DNA of 38,453 nt from a virus: IMG/VR virus record IMGVR_UViG_3300029668_000007; one strand, 5' to 3'. Of this stretch, positions 38,262 to 38,453 are shown piece by piece; the stretch's first letter is position 1; every line of letters starts with the position of its first letter. A program made the translations under genes and the position numbers. The notes under the pieces were generated by a model. The model did not search any database. It saw only the letters and a list, made by a program, of their open reading frames with translations, and had not been told where the DNA came from.

Positions 38262-38400
38262 CGTTGTATCTCCTATCGCCCGGCGGCTTGTTCCGCCCGC
38301 GGCTCCTTATTGATTACGATATTATTATATATCAAAAATGATAAATAGTCAAGGAGAAAATCGAAATTTCTTAAACTTTTTTTGAATCGAGGAGCCGGTT
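38262..38400 (-). repeat. Promoter-operator-leader cassette, copy 3 (approximate outer limits; runs into the terminal overlap)
   Basis: It aligns with copies 1 and 2. The promoter and operator are near-identical and the leader is diverged, but the GC stem is retained. Confidence 0.85.
38324..38352 (-). promoter_or_regulatory. Promoter P3: TTGACT (38352-38347), 17 nt, TATAAT (38329-38324); palindrome TATCA-AAAA-TGATA at 38330-38343
   Basis: Read directly. The architecture matches P1 and P2. Confidence 0.8.
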
Positions 38401-38453
38401 GATCTCCGACAGCCGCTCATATAACCTGCGTTTTTCCGCCACCAGCGCCGCCC
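38355..38453. repeat. Terminal exact direct repeat, copy 2 (identical to 1-99)
   Basis: Identity is 99/99. It includes a duplicate of the 3' end of CDS 17-664 (38371-38453), which should not be counted as a separate gene. Confidence 0.95.

Larger units (their letters stand above)
1..38354. mobile_element. Complete temperate siphovirus-type phage genome (circular or circularly permuted representation)
   Basis: The full set of integrase, repressor switch, replication, packaging, HK97-type head, long non-contractile tail and lysis genes is present. The window ends overlap exactly by 99 nt. Confidence 0.85.

Noticed and set aside
1-38453. CRISPR arrays, rRNA genes, transposases or IS elements, reverse transcriptase (retron/DGR), and toxin-antitoxin pairs.
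   Set aside because: I found no regularly spaced short repeats, no rRNA-like stretches beyond an 8-nt anti-SD-like motif, and no RT or transposase motifs in any frame.

Overview
The window is a complete, circularly closed phage genome. Positions 1-99 are identical to 38355-38453, so the unique length is 38,354 nt. All family names below come from motifs I recognise by eye; no searches were run.

**What it is.** A temperate, HK97-lineage, siphovirus-type phage. The host looks like a GC-rich Gram-positive (Clostridia-like). That is inferred from sigma-A style promoters, AGGAGG ribosome-binding sites, a large serine integrase and the lysis genes.

**Gene order**
- Three leftward early cassettes (36711-38261, 17-1187, 1331-2081). 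Each is driven by a copy of the same promoter-operator-leader repeat.
- A rightward five-gene cargo cluster (2301-4889).
- A lysogeny module (4923-8558): serine integrase plus a membrane-anchored HTH protein, two micro-ORFs, a HIRAN/coiled-coil/TM protein, and a CI-like repressor with a textbook divergent switch.
- A rightward early and replication module (8680-17618). It holds a Dam-like methyltransferase, DUF551, a lipoprotein, a DUF2829/Tad2-like protein, an HUH Rep, VRR-NUC, a sigma-region-4-like regulator, ParB, and a ParB-SAM methyltransferase fusion.
- An A/T-richer island with one reverse-oriented gene (16209-18021).
- A late operon (18246-36694): HNH, TerS, TerL, portal, protease, capsid, head-tail connectors, major tail, G/GT chaperone, tape measure, Dit, Tal, collagen-like and Gly-rich fibres, NlpC/P60 endolysin and holin-like proteins.

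**Most interesting.** The roughly 590-nt ORF-free locus at 10620-11210.
- It carries two tRNA-shaped elements that each end in ACCA.
- It has a long GC hairpin.
- It has an orphan minus-strand promoter-terminator pair predicting a ~50-nt sRNA. The sRNA's 5' seed is complementary to the ribosome-binding sites of five early genes.

**Also notable**
- The triplicated early promoter cassette and its ORFan cargo.
- The HIRAN-TM gene in the int-cI hotspot.
- The cargo cluster next to int.
- The ParB-class-I-methyltransferase island.
- A candidate -1 frameshift fusing an Ig-like domain to the capsid protein.
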